This document shows positions 1-9,532 of a stretch of DNA of 25,288 nt, piece after piece. The stretch spans positions 1-25,288 of the IMG/VR virus record IMGVR_UViG_2565956635_000009; one strand, given 5' to 3'. Made by a program: the position numbers and the translations under genes. The notes beneath the pieces were generated by a model that was given only the letters and a program-made list of their open reading frames with translations, made no database searches and was not told where the DNA came from. This stretch comes from a virus (Duplodnaviria > Heunggongvirae > Uroviricota > Caudoviricetes). The first letter of the stretch is position 1. Each line of letters begins with the position of its first letter.

Positions 1-339
1 TTGTTCATCCGGCAGCGACATAGCCAGTTGCTCGACCTGGGCATCAAACTGCTGCGTATACTCCTGACCTTTTCCAATAGCATTTTTCCCTTTCAGGTTA
101 AGCAAACCTGTTTCAGGGTTATTCAGCAGATCGCTGCTTATCTGGCTTAAGCTAAGAGAAGCATCCTGAGCCATAGCAACATTCGCGCGCTGTTTTGCCT
201 GCGCAATAATACCTGCATATTGCTCTGCAACATCGCCAAGTACATCACCGACATTTGGTGTCTGAAACGATGAGAATCCCTGCGTCGAAATCCCTCTGCT
301 CTGAACCTGACGGCCCGATGTTGTTGGTACAACTGGCAT
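1..339 (-). CDS. Virion-associated (internal/ejection-type) protein, N-terminal part only; gene runs past the window start
   Basis: ATG at 339..337 preceded by GGGGA ribosome-binding site; I translated the frame by hand and it stays open for 113 codons to position 1 (MPVVPTTSGRQVQSRGISTQGF...). Absent from the ORF track because there is no stop inside the window. Sits directly after the virion gene string. Confidence 0.5.
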   Translation of the reverse strand, partial: MPVVPTTSGRQVQSRGISTQGFSSFQTPNVGDVLGDVAEQYAGIIAQAKQRANVAMAQDASLSLSQISSDLLNNPETGLLNLKGKNAIGKGQEYTQQFDAQVEQLAMSLPDEQ

Positions 340-351
340 CTTATTATCCCC

Positions 352-891
352 TTATCGACCGGTTGGAGTTCCAACAGCAGCAGAAATCGGCGCAGCCTTC
401 TGAGAGAACGGGCTCCACGTTCCGCCGCCCATCTGGTATGCACCGTATGCTTTTAGTGGTGCCGTTAACAAAGTACTGGTCATCGATGATTTAGCAGCCG
501 ACTGAGCAGCAGCCCCCTGTGCCTGAGCATTCACCCCCTGAACCTGATACCCATATGCCTCACGCTGAGCATTATTCACTGTCGTTAACGCATCAAGAGT
601 GCCGAACTGAGCATTATCCGCAAAAACGTCAAGAGCTGTTCCGCTACTTAATTCCGCACCGGTAGCCCCCATAGTGGCCGCCGCAGTGCCTGAGCGTTGA
701 CGCATTTCACGACGACGCTGATCCGCTTCAATATTCCCACGATTGATTGAATCCTGTGCCTGAGCTTCAGCAATTTCAGCATTCCGATCAGCTATGGCTG
801 ACTGGTATTTTGCCTGCTTGCTCTGGCTGTACATTGATGCGGCTGTGGATGCCACTGTGACGGCAACCAAAGCGATGGCTGGGTTACACAT
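352..891 (-). CDS. Putative internal virion/ejection protein with N-terminal hydrophobic helix (179 aa)
   Basis: ORF in the track; start overlaps the upstream stop (TAATG); N-terminus AIALVAVTVASTAA is hydrophobic, the rest Ala/Gln-rich. Functional call is by position only. Confidence 0.5.
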   Translation of the reverse strand: MCNPAIALVAVTVASTAASMYSQSKQAKYQSAIADRNAEIAEAQAQDSINRGNIEADQRRREMRQRSGTAAATMGATGAELSSGTALDVFADNAQFGTLDALTTVNNAQREAYGYQVQGVNAQAQGAAAQSAAKSSMTSTLLTAPLKAYGAYQMGGGTWSPFSQKAAPISAAVGTPTGR

Positions 892-1355
892 TATTTTCTC
901 TCCATGTGAAATCTGTGGAAATTAAGACCAAGAGCACCATAAGGCGCGGCTTCTTCAAGCTTGAATCCAAGCCAGTGCAGCCATGCTTTGGCAACATGGT
1001 TTCGCTCGTCGACGTAGTTTTCCAGGTGCGGATAAACTGCCAGCATCTGCTGCAATACAGGGCGGCAGTGGCGCAGAAATGTCTTCTGATATTTTTCAAT
1101 ACGGCTGGTTCCGACCAGCCAGGGCGTACCATTGCCACCGATCATTGACGCCGGAGATACGCCAAACATGGTTACCAGTTCTCCGTTCGCAAATCCTGAC
1201 CAGGCCATAGTCGCAGTACGCAGACCAACACGCAGCGCATCTTCGGTAGTCATCAGTGATACCGCATACAGTTCGTCAATATCAGCCTGACGAACATCCG
1301 GCAAAATCATCTGAAGATGCTCTTCGGTAGCGGGAATAATTCGAACATCGATCAT
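891..1355 (-). CDS. Putative virion/tail-associated protein (154 aa)
   Basis: ORF in the track; start overlaps the stop of the 823-aa gene (TGATGA), indicating translational coupling inside the structural operon. Confidence 0.5.
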   Translation of the reverse strand: MIDVRIIPATEEHLQMILPDVRQADIDELYAVSLMTTEDALRVGLRTATMAWSGFANGELVTMFGVSPASMIGGNGTPWLVGTSRIEKYQKTFLRHCRPVLQQMLAVYPHLENYVDERNHVAKAWLHWLGFKLEEAAPYGALGLNFHRFHMERK

Positions 1356-3826
1356 CAGAATCCCCCAACAGTAAGGCGAGGAATAACGGCAAGAACAGAC
1401 AGCGGCAACGGGTCAAGCTGACGGATTTTTACACGTCCGTTTTTGCCCCAGTTACTGTCCAGTTTCACTTCTACTTTTCCGGTAGCGTCATCAACAGGAT
1501 CATCGTAGAACTCGAATTCACGCTGTGGATATTCGTACCATTTACCGCCGGGCGTAGTCGCCCAGATGCCGCGACTGGCATTCACAACCAGAGTAACGGA
1601 GGGGATCACCTGTTTTTTGTCCAGCAGCGTTTCCTGTCCGTTAATGTTGATATCCAGTGTTTCGAATTCAGCAGTTATTGGCAGGCCGATGTGCACTACA
1701 GCCCCCGGAGATTCCAGCGTGACGGCACCTCCGGAAACCACTTTCTGTGGTTCCACGTTCGCATCAGAGAGAATGTTTACGGTCTGGCCTTCAAGATGAG
1801 ACAGGCCTCCAAATGTCCGGCGCGCCATCTGCCAGTTCGTGGTGGCCACATTCCTGAGGGATGGCGGGACGTTCCTGTTAGCACGAACCACTACAGCGGT
1901 ATTGCTGGTTACAGAAATAATGTCGCAACGTAATTCTTTTGACACTTCATCGCCAGTATCAGGAACAGTTCCGGTATAAGGGAACTGTAGTTGCGCACCG
2001 ACATCACTACTGGTGAAGTACGCACCACCAGAAACACTGATTGTATATTCCGCGCGGTAATCCCATTCGCCAGAACCACCAGTGATTGTCATCGTTCTGT
2101 CAGACGTATTTCTTCCATCATAGCTAAGGCCAGAATCAACAAAGAAAGCGTCTTCATCGCTGGTAAATAAACGGCTGGACAGCCGTTCGATGTATCTCAC
2201 TGTTTGCCCGTTAACGGTTCGGTTAACGACGAAATACACCGCATCTTCATTGCCTTCGCTGATACTGCATGTGCTTTCATATTTTCCGGTACTGGATTGT
2301 GGTGCCCATGCAAAAACCTGCTGATCACGCAAATAGGTCATCACCAGTAATTTACCGTCATCACGAATGCAGAAGGCACTGGAGTAAGGGACAATCGAGA
2401 AGCACCAGTCAACAATGCTGTGCTTCTGAAAAAGATGATTGGCAAGGATAGTAAGGTCGTTCCCCTGATAGCCGTCAACATCGAATGAGTAGGCCAGATC
2501 ACGGACAACACTGCCTTTCTCCTGGACGAACAGAGCAATATTCGCCACAGCAATTGGTGGGACGTTGCTTGAGCCATTTGATCCCTGAGAGCTGAATGCA
2601 AATGATGATGGGGTTAACACTTTGTTCTGGTCGCCGGTGATGACGTACTCACCTCCGGAAGTCAGCGCCACCAGCGAACCAACATCAATCAGGTGGCGGA
2701 TCTCATTAACCTGACGCCCGGCATAGGTGTAGATAATTCTGTCGTCATCCTGCGTAGGATTGCTTTTGCCAAAATCCTTATAATCCCCGGTACGGCTGGC
2801 CCAGATAGTCTGAGGGAACGCAGTCGATGCGGCGAAGTAAAGACGTTGTTGATAATAAACAACAGTGCCAGGATAACCATTAACACTGTTCCAGGCATAT
2901 TTAGCCCATTTATAGCTGGCATTATCCTCGCCAACGACCTGCGAAGGGATATAGGAAATCACCTCGGCAGTTGCAGTAGTGCCGTTTACAGCAGTGATAC
3001 GGGCAATGCCAAACCCACTGTGCAGATACTCCCACTCAATGCCAGTATCATCATCACCGGATCCGCCCCAGCCATCCCATGATGTGCCTTCTGTATGCGA
3101 AGGGCGCAAAGTGCCTGTTTTGCCTGCTGTAACGGCGCGATAGTAATTACTGTCTGCACGGCGAATATCGCCAATCGACGTACTCTTACTGGTTTCCCAT
3201 ACCGGCACTGAATCCACTGCAGGCTGTTCCAGATAGAACAATTTGCCTACCTGCTCCGCGCCAAAAATAGAGGCGCTTGCCGTTAACGTAATTGTCCCGG
3301 TGCTGGCGCTGGCATAAACCGTCACTGACTCGTCAATATTAATATCTTCAAATGGCCCGTTCTTCGTTACCACATCAACCAGTTGCCAGTTGTCATGCGC
3401 GTAGCGGCGCAACTCTTTCGGCGGGTATGCCGGGTGAACCAGCGTAAGCACGTCGGCGCTTTGCGTGAATTTAATTCGGAACAGATCGGCTTCAGTATAT
3501 GGCGTGGCAATTTCATAAATAACATTGCTGCTGTTCAGCACCAACGCACCATCTTTGATAACGCGCATGTACTGGTGCCCGAACTCCAGAGCATAGGTCT
3601 GAACCGTCGAGAACTGGAACGGGATCAGGCGGCATTTCCGATTTGGGTATTTGGCGGCACCGACAAAACGCGTACCAGGTCGATTCTCAACGCCGCCATA
3701 CTGCCGCACGATAAAGTTATCGCACTTGCGCAATGCCACCTGGTACTTCGCCATGTCGATACGACCGTACAACGACGGTCCAATCTCACCACCGGCAAAG
3801 CTGGGCTGGATCCAACTGATAGCCAT
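1355..3826 (-). CDS. Large tail structural protein (tail tube/nozzle-like, 823 aa)
   Basis: Long uninterrupted ORF; position after the capsid genes and before injection-type proteins; size and order resemble the tail tubular B/nozzle protein of short-tailed phages. No motif-level confirmation. Confidence 0.55.
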   Translation of the reverse strand: MAISWIQPSFAGGEIGPSLYGRIDMAKYQVALRKCDNFIVRQYGGVENRPGTRFVGAAKYPNRKCRLIPFQFSTVQTYALEFGHQYMRVIKDGALVLNSSNVIYEIATPYTEADLFRIKFTQSADVLTLVHPAYPPKELRRYAHDNWQLVDVVTKNGPFEDINIDESVTVYASASTGTITLTASASIFGAEQVGKLFYLEQPAVDSVPVWETSKSTSIGDIRRADSNYYRAVTAGKTGTLRPSHTEGTSWDGWGGSGDDDTGIEWEYLHSGFGIARITAVNGTTATAEVISYIPSQVVGEDNASYKWAKYAWNSVNGYPGTVVYYQQRLYFAASTAFPQTIWASRTGDYKDFGKSNPTQDDDRIIYTYAGRQVNEIRHLIDVGSLVALTSGGEYVITGDQNKVLTPSSFAFSSQGSNGSSNVPPIAVANIALFVQEKGSVVRDLAYSFDVDGYQGNDLTILANHLFQKHSIVDWCFSIVPYSSAFCIRDDGKLLVMTYLRDQQVFAWAPQSSTGKYESTCSISEGNEDAVYFVVNRTVNGQTVRYIERLSSRLFTSDEDAFFVDSGLSYDGRNTSDRTMTITGGSGEWDYRAEYTISVSGGAYFTSSDVGAQLQFPYTGTVPDTGDEVSKELRCDIISVTSNTAVVVRANRNVPPSLRNVATTNWQMARRTFGGLSHLEGQTVNILSDANVEPQKVVSGGAVTLESPGAVVHIGLPITAEFETLDININGQETLLDKKQVIPSVTLVVNASRGIWATTPGGKWYEYPQREFEFYDDPVDDATGKVEVKLDSNWGKNGRVKIRQLDPLPLSVLAVIPRLTVGGF

Positions 3827-4431
3827 CAGGACAACCTCGCAATGGTAAACTCGTCAACCGGTGGCTGTGGTTCCTGTGATTCATTCTGGCTATGCGAGCC
3901 AGCACTAAGAATCACGCGATTGTACATATTGAGGGCAAACGTACCGAGGTCTGCATTCCCAGTCAGCGCCATGTTAATAGCTGCCGCAAGACGCCAGGCC
4001 AACGCCTCCATAAAAATGGCATCAAACATGTTCACATCTGAAACGCGAGAGACATACTTGAGCCATGCCTGCGGCTGGTCTGTGTAGATCAACTTTCCTG
4101 TTCCGTTGGTGTCTGCACCAACTTCGTACTGAACGCGCATTGCTGCTGTTGGATTGCGTACACCAGGAAGCATAATTTCAGTAATGCGCAGACAATCGGA
4201 CGGGTACTGATACGCATATTCCCAGTCAGGCGGTGGATTGCTCGTATTTGCAAGCGCCACGCGTTTGGTAGCAAAGTTCCAGTCAAAATCAGAAAGCACA
4301 GCATCACGGCAGGCCTCAAAGTGCAGCGAACATTCCCCCGCTTCCTTGCTGGCTTCCGTCAGGCTGTTAATGCTGCGGCTGTTGCCAATATTGGACAGCG
4401 CACGATTGCAGATCTCTACTACAGAGGCCAT
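3826..4431 (-). CDS. Tail structural protein (tail tubular A/adaptor-like by position, 201 aa)
   Basis: ORF in the track; start overlaps the upstream stop (TAATG); lies immediately before the large tail protein. Confidence 0.45.
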   Translation of the reverse strand: MASVVEICNRALSNIGNSRSINSLTEASKEAGECSLHFEACRDAVLSDFDWNFATKRVALANTSNPPPDWEYAYQYPSDCLRITEIMLPGVRNPTAAMRVQYEVGADTNGTGKLIYTDQPQAWLKYVSRVSDVNMFDAIFMEALAWRLAAAINMALTGNADLGTFALNMYNRVILSAGSHSQNESQEPQPPVDEFTIARLS

Positions 4432-4754
4432 TACTCACCCCCATTGCCGTACAGGGTTTCAGCCGCTGATTTTTCTACATCCCCGGAAACAGGAGCGATC
4501 GCCATATCAGTGATCTGCAGATCGGCGCTGCGATTAACACCATCGTCAGTTTCTCTGGCAGACAGGCCTCGAATAACAGCCTTTGCAGTTATCATCACTT
4601 CTGTTCCAACGCCCTGAGGTTGCGCCTTCAGCTTATTCAATGTGTCGTTATTCAGCGTGATGCACAGCCCCCACGGGTATTCATCGCGAGTTCTGGTTTC
4701 TCCGCTCTCATCCTGGTAGCTGTCAGTGCCGGTTTTGAGGTTTACGAGTTCCAT
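4431..4754 (-). CDS. Hypothetical virion-module protein (about 107 aa)
   Basis: Track ORF 4431..4760 begins at GTG; the in-frame ATG at 4754..4752 has an AGGAG site 5 nt upstream, so I place the start there. Confidence 0.5.
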   Translation of the reverse strand: MELVNLKTGTDSYQDESGETRTRDEYPWGLCITLNNDTLNKLKAQPQGVGTEVMITAKAVIRGLSARETDDGVNRSADLQITDMAIAPVSGDVEKSAAETLYGNGGE

Positions 4755-4770
4755 ATACACTCCTGCAATA

Positions 4771-4788
4771 AAGGGGCCGAAGCCCCTT
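4771..4788 (-). terminator. Intrinsic terminator/attenuator hairpin inside the structural operon
   Basis: On the minus strand: GGGGC-UUCG-GCCCC stem-loop followed by UUUAUU, then the AGGAG site of the next gene. Likely a partial terminator. Confidence 0.4.
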
Positions 4789-4804
4789 GTCTGATTCGCG
4801 AGGC

Positions 4805-5140
4805 TTACACGCCCAGTTCTTTACGCTTATCTGCGATCTTCTCGCGGAGCGTTTCGGCTTTGGCGTTATGGTGTGGCTTCTCGTTAAAGAGCAATTCGTA
4901 CTCTTCACGGAGCTTATCCAGCTCACCATCATCTGACACATCGTTGATGATTTTGGTACTGGTTGCTGCCATTGACACCTTTCCTGCTACCTTTGCTTTT
5001 GCCTGTCTGGCTGCATCGTTAACAGGTTCCAGTGCGCTACCAGGCTCACCTTCGTATTCGATTTCTGCCCCCTCCGGCCACAGAGTGTTATGGATATGAG
5101 AGAGGCGCAGAACGCGGTATCTTGGTTTCTCACCTGACAT
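4805..5140 (-). CDS. Hypothetical virion-module protein (about 111 aa)
   Basis: Track ORF 4805..5149 begins at GTG; the in-frame ATG at 5140..5138 has an AAGGTG site 6 nt upstream. Confidence 0.5.
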   Translation of the reverse strand: MSGEKPRYRVLRLSHIHNTLWPEGAEIEYEGEPGSALEPVNDAARQAKAKVAGKVSMAATSTKIINDVSDDGELDKLREEYELLFNEKPHHNAKAETLREKIADKRKELGV

Positions 5141-5150
5141 CGATATCACC

Positions 5151-5588
5151 TTAACCAGTTACTTTTGAGCGGATCGGATACGGCGTATTGGCATCAACAT
5201 CAAGACTGATACCAGCAGTGAATTCGCCAGCCGTTAGTGGGCCAGTTGCGACGGAGTAGTTAACACGCAGATATCGCTGAACACCGGCAGGCACCTTTGC
5301 AGAAACAACTCGTTTACCTGCTGTCAGGGCGGTCTTTGCCAGTGCACCACTATCATAAATAGTGGTCCATGAGCTGTTATCCTCACTCGTCTGCAACTGG
5401 ATGTTTACAGTTGCATCACCGCTTGCCGCGGCGGCTGTGTTAACCAGCGCCCAAAACTCAAGCGGGTAACCCACGCCGATATCACGACGTTTTCCGTCAA
5501 TTGGACCGAGATCGATTACGTCAGTAGAAGCCGCGGTATTCGTAACCGCCTGAGCTTCGGAGAACATCAACAGTTTGTCGGTGATCAT
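5151..5588 (-). CDS. Putative minor capsid/decoration protein (145 aa)
   Basis: ORF directly downstream of the major capsid gene; GGAG site 9 nt upstream of the ATG; Thr/Ala/Val/Gly-rich, suggesting a beta-rich surface protein. Function by position. Confidence 0.45.
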   Translation of the reverse strand: MITDKLLMFSEAQAVTNTAASTDVIDLGPIDGKRRDIGVGYPLEFWALVNTAAAASGDATVNIQLQTSEDNSSWTTIYDSGALAKTALTAGKRVVSAKVPAGVQRYLRVNYSVATGPLTAGEFTAGISLDVDANTPYPIRSKVTG

Positions 5589-5603
5589 CTTCTTTCTCCA
5601 TTA

Positions 5604-5623
5604 GTGGGTCTGTTACGACCCAC
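5604..5623 (-). other. Stem-loop between capsid and the next gene (possible RNA processing or stability element)
   Basis: Inverted repeat GTGGGTC-N6-GACCCAC directly after the capsid stop, with no U-tract, followed by the GGAG site of the next gene. Confidence 0.3.
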
Positions 5624-5639
5624 AGGTTAATAACAGGCG

Positions 5640-6632
5640 TTACACCACGCTGGCTTCTGTTTCCAGAAGCGCATCAGTTTCACGGATTGGTACACCACGG
5701 AATGAAGTCCACCACTCGCCTTCAGTCTCTTTTACGCTGATAGCCAGAGATGTTTTCTCCAGAGACTGTAGATCAAGAGCCTGGCCTACAGTGCGGTTCA
5801 TGTAGAACACCGGGCGGCCCATGCCACGGTTTGGAATGCGATGCAGTGCTTTAACCATCAACTTCGCAATATTTGCGGCAGAGGAAGGTTCTGAAAGATT
5901 GCTGACATCGATGTTTGCAATGCGAACAACATAACGCCAGTCACGCAGAGCAAGTCCGTTGTCCCATTTGTAATGGGTACGGTAGCCTTCGTACTTGCCG
6001 CCATTCGCATCTTCCAGTGTCACCTGGCCTTTATCTTCCATCTGGATGCCAGCCTTCTGCCCTTTCGGGAAGATGCCATGCACGGTGTTTTCGCCCCACA
6101 CCACTAACCAGATTGAGGTGTTATCTGTACCCGTGCCACCAGCATCAATGATGTTCTGAGCATTACCCGCAGACAGGCTGGAATAGCGGGAGGACAGTCC
6201 CATAAACTGCTGAGGGTTAACGCTGGAATCACCATAAAACAGCGTCTGCGCCATCTGCTGATTCATCGCTTCAATAAATGCGCGGTCTTCAGACAGGCGG
6301 AATTCAGCGGTATTGCCGTTCAGATCAGCCAGTGACTTATCGACTTCAGCATAGGTTTCCAGCATGCCAACGGAATCGGTTACCTGCACTGTGGTTGATT
6401 TGCTTGGCTGTACGCCATAGTTCAGCAAACGCCAGGTAGCTGAAGGTAAACCAGAACGAATGGTGGTTCGGTGTCCGGTAGGAAGGTTCCCTTCGACAAA
6501 AGGCATATCCTGAAGGATCGGGTTAGTTTGACCGAGAAGCTCGATAATCTTATCGACTTTCCCGTTTGGATCGACGCGCTTACCCCAGTCAGCCAGCGTT
6601 AGCGCAGTTAAGCCTTTAACAGCCATTGTCAT
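5640..6632 (-). CDS. Major capsid protein (330 aa)
   Basis: Strong ribosome-binding site (AGAGAGGAA); placed immediately after the scaffold gene in a portal-scaffold-capsid order; size typical of HK97-fold capsid proteins. Confidence 0.7.
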   Translation of the reverse strand: MTMAVKGLTALTLADWGKRVDPNGKVDKIIELLGQTNPILQDMPFVEGNLPTGHRTTIRSGLPSATWRLLNYGVQPSKSTTVQVTDSVGMLETYAEVDKSLADLNGNTAEFRLSEDRAFIEAMNQQMAQTLFYGDSSVNPQQFMGLSSRYSSLSAGNAQNIIDAGGTGTDNTSIWLVVWGENTVHGIFPKGQKAGIQMEDKGQVTLEDANGGKYEGYRTHYKWDNGLALRDWRYVVRIANIDVSNLSEPSSAANIAKLMVKALHRIPNRGMGRPVFYMNRTVGQALDLQSLEKTSLAISVKETEGEWWTSFRGVPIRETDALLETEASVV

Positions 6633-6640
6633 TTCCTCTC

Positions 6641-7336
6641 TTATTTGCCATAGAGCACTTCGGCCGCACTACGCTGGCCTTCATTACCACCGGTGACCAT
6701 GCCATCTTCAGACATCGCCTTTCCGATTTTCACGAACGTTTTGACCAGATCAGGGTGATTACCCAGCCCGGTGGTGTTCAGATATTCTTTGAGTTCAGGT
6801 GTCCCGAACTGGTCAAGCGCACGCTGTGCGGCGCTAAGGTTAGAAATCAACTTGTCGCCACCGATTTCTTTGTCAGCTTTTACATCCTCAGCCCACTGCT
6901 CGGTTGTTTTCTGCCAGGCTTCTGCCTGGCGCTGCTGAACACCTGCCAGAATCTTCGGATAAGTATCAACCAGCTTTTGCGCTTGCTCGTTGGTCAGGTT
7001 AAGTTCTCGCGCCACCGGCTCGAATTCCTTCAACGCTTCTGTATCCAGCTCTACGCCTTCGGCAGCCTGAAACTCGTACTTCTCAGGCGCACCCTCTGGT
7101 TTATCGCCGTCCTTTTTTTCATCCTGCTTATCGTTTTCAGGCTTTTTGTCATCAGCAGGTTTATCGCCATCAGCAACAGGTTGTGGCTTATCACCTTCCG
7201 GTTGTGATGGATCACCAACTGGAGCAGGGTTATCACCTGCAGGCGCTGACGGTTCTGACGCAGCCGGAGCTGCTCCACCATCGACTGGTTGCTCATTGCA
7301 AAGACGGCGATACAGCAAACGCTCAAATAAATTCAT
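6641..7336 (-). CDS. Scaffolding protein (about 231 aa)
   Basis: Highly acidic, low-complexity Pro/Asp/Glu/Lys-rich N-terminal half and helical C-terminal half; sits between portal and capsid. ATG at 7336 has an AGGAG site 6 nt upstream (the track start at 7342 is GTG). Confidence 0.7.
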   Translation of the reverse strand: MNLFERLLYRRLCNEQPVDGGAAPAASEPSAPAGDNPAPVGDPSQPEGDKPQPVADGDKPADDKKPENDKQDEKKDGDKPEGAPEKYEFQAAEGVELDTEALKEFEPVARELNLTNEQAQKLVDTYPKILAGVQQRQAEAWQKTTEQWAEDVKADKEIGGDKLISNLSAAQRALDQFGTPELKEYLNTTGLGNHPDLVKTFVKIGKAMSEDGMVTGGNEGQRSAAEVLYGK

Positions 7337-7338
7337 GA

Positions 7339-7635
7339 TCACTCCTGTTCACTGGCCTCTTTGGCCATCTTCAAATACTGTTCAGGGCAATGCGCCATAA
7401 CGCGCTGAAACAGTTCCAGCGCCAGATTGCGTTGCCCCTCATTAAATGCCATTGCCATAGCATCCATCGGAGAGATAGCGGAAAACACCCGGCCTTTCTC
7501 CAGCACAGACCAGACAACGCGACGCCCCTGTTCACTGCTCATGACAAAGCGAATGTCATCAATTTCACGCTGTGCCATGTCACGTTGCTTACGGGCGTTT
7601 TCTTCTTTCAGTTGATCGTCTTCGTAATCTGTCAT
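7339..7635 (-). CDS. Hypothetical small protein between portal and scaffold (98 aa)
   Basis: ORF whose ATG overlaps the portal stop (ATGA), indicating coupling; acidic and helical. Confidence 0.5.
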   Translation of the reverse strand: MTDYEDDQLKEENARKQRDMAQREIDDIRFVMSSEQGRRVVWSVLEKGRVFSAISPMDAMAMAFNEGQRNLALELFQRVMAHCPEQYLKMAKEASEQE

Positions 7636-9311
7636 TGTGATTGCCCACCCTGACCACTAACTGCATTCGCCATAGCTGACAAAACACTCGGATCCGAAGT
7701 TTTAGCTTCGCTTAGCGTCTTGGCACCCTGTGCCGCCGCCATCCCCATCGCCATCATTTGTTGCTGCTGTTGCTGCTGTGCCCGTTGCTGGCGAGCCTGC
7801 TCAACCTGTTCCTGCGGAACAATGACGGTTGGAGACACTCCGGACATATCAGCGAATGCATCGATCGCCTGATCAACGTTGAGTTTGTCGAGAGCTTCTG
7901 GTTTCGCTTGCGCAAGTTGACCAATGAAGTTAACCGTGGACGCCAGACTGGACAGGCCGATAGACTTCTGCGCCTGAGCCATGACGGAAATGTATTCGAC
8001 CTTCAGGGGCATACCTTCCATCGCGTCAGGCGGTGGCGGCAGCATGTTTTTACGCACCATCATCGAGAAAGCGCGGTCAATGAGAGGATTAAGACATTCG
8101 TCGTTCAGGCGCTCCAGAACCGGCCCCAACATCAGAAGTTTTTCTTCTTTCATTTCGATCACCGCTTCCACAGGCATCGAGCGGGTATTGATGTTCTGCA
8201 ACATCATGAACAGATCGACAAAGTAGGCGCTGTTAATGATTTGACGAGTGTCCTGAATGTCTGCCACCAAATCTGCTGTACTGGGGTTAACCAGATAAGC
8301 AGGCCTGAAACCATCCTGACCAGTAATCTGATCGATATACGTGATGTCGCCAGGAAGAAGGGAGGCACGCTGATTCTTGAGGGAAGTCGGAGCAACCATC
8401 GGCGGATTGGTGGCTTTATCAATCAACTGCGACTTGCGCTTCTGGAGAAGCTGCAATGCCTTAACAGGTCCAAGCGCCAGCATACCAGGGCATGATGATC
8501 CATAAACATCTTCGCCATTAACTTCCCAGCGCGGAGCCATAATTGGAAACTCATCGAATCCGGACTCACGCAACAACTTGTCGTTATCGCCACCAACCTC
8601 GTAATAAACCGATTTGAATGGCTTGTTCTTGCTATCCAGCTTCGATGTATCGCGGTCAATGTTCGGGTAAACCGAATGCATCACTTCAAACCACTTCTCG
8701 TAGGTGCCGCTTTCCCACATGCTTTTTACGGATTCGCTGACGTTATTTAGTCCGAATTCCTGAACAAGCTGACGAACAGTCATAGAGAACTTGCGAAAAC
8801 AGGTGTCCACACTGCCACGAGGTGAGTTAGCCAGGTAGTAACTTCCTATCGGGAATGGCATTGTACGAATGATGTCCTCGTCATCCTCCAGCACCGCCAT
8901 TGCACCAGTGCTGTATGTGCCGAGGCTTCCGTATAACTGCGGAAGAGACTGGTAGAGATTCGACTTATTGAACATATCGTTCATGCGGTTCTGCACCGCC
9001 TCAAGCCACAACTTAACAGGGCCATAATCCATCATTTCAGGATCTGGCGTAGCCAGGCGAAACCACGGACGCGCGGGGCTTGTGATGCCTGACATCATGC
9101 CGCTGGCGAGAGTGCGCGCCGCCATAGTCCCGGTAGAATCAATAATGCGTGTATTGCGTCGTTCGTTACGGTTGACCTCAGAAGTCAGAAAGCGGGAACC
9201 ACGCGGGTTGATGTAATCACTCAACTCGCGCCAGTGCGGCTCAAACGACTGACGCTCGCTTTCAAGTTGTGCGAACTGTTTGTTCAATCGCTCTTTAGTT
9301 GTTTCCGCCAT
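7632..9311 (-). CDS. Portal (head-to-tail connector) protein (559 aa)
   Basis: Long ORF with GGAG site; size and position downstream of terminase; C-terminal Gln/Ala/Met-rich tail (QQQQQQQMMAMGMAAAQGA) is characteristic of connector proteins of T7-type short-tailed phages. Confidence 0.85.
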   Translation of the reverse strand: MAETTKERLNKQFAQLESERQSFEPHWRELSDYINPRGSRFLTSEVNRNERRNTRIIDSTGTMAARTLASGMMSGITSPARPWFRLATPDPEMMDYGPVKLWLEAVQNRMNDMFNKSNLYQSLPQLYGSLGTYSTGAMAVLEDDEDIIRTMPFPIGSYYLANSPRGSVDTCFRKFSMTVRQLVQEFGLNNVSESVKSMWESGTYEKWFEVMHSVYPNIDRDTSKLDSKNKPFKSVYYEVGGDNDKLLRESGFDEFPIMAPRWEVNGEDVYGSSCPGMLALGPVKALQLLQKRKSQLIDKATNPPMVAPTSLKNQRASLLPGDITYIDQITGQDGFRPAYLVNPSTADLVADIQDTRQIINSAYFVDLFMMLQNINTRSMPVEAVIEMKEEKLLMLGPVLERLNDECLNPLIDRAFSMMVRKNMLPPPPDAMEGMPLKVEYISVMAQAQKSIGLSSLASTVNFIGQLAQAKPEALDKLNVDQAIDAFADMSGVSPTVIVPQEQVEQARQQRAQQQQQQQMMAMGMAAAQGAKTLSEAKTSDPSVLSAMANAVSGQGGQSQ

Positions 9312-9325
9312 TTCAATGACTCCGG

Positions 9326-9532
9326 TTACTGACCAAGCAGCGTTTTACCGCTGGTATTAGCGGTTGATGTGTCGCCCTGAGAACCGGTAAGCAGCGTAGA
9401 ACTACGACCAGCAGCAGCGCGACGGCGACGTGTTTCTTCGTCGCGGGCATCAACAACGGCGGCATCCTGCTCCTGTGGTGCTGCCTGAACTTCTGGTGTT
9501 GCAGGCACTGATGGTGAGCTACCCATGCCCAT
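9326..9532 (-). CDS. Small hypothetical protein upstream of portal (68 aa)
   Basis: ATG with GGAG site; its initiation region GGAGTCATTGATATG is almost identical to the portal one (GGAGTCATTGAAATG). Preferred over the overlapping 79-aa track ORF, which lacks a ribosome-binding site. Confidence 0.45.
   Translation of the reverse strand: MGMGSSPSVPATPEVQAAPQEQDAAVVDARDEETRRRRAAAGRSSTLLTGSQGDTSTANTSGKTLLGQ

Noticed and set aside
3383-4087. 234-aa plus-strand ORF (also 2693..3082, 4620..5099 and 6626..7207) overlapping minus-strand virion genes
   Set aside because: They lie antisense to well-supported, translationally coupled structural genes, have no ribosome-binding sites and show low-complexity or unusual composition. 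They are shadow ORFs.
7758-8495. 245-aa plus-strand ORF inside the portal gene
   Set aside because: Entirely antisense to the portal coding sequence, His/Arg-rich, no ribosome-binding site.
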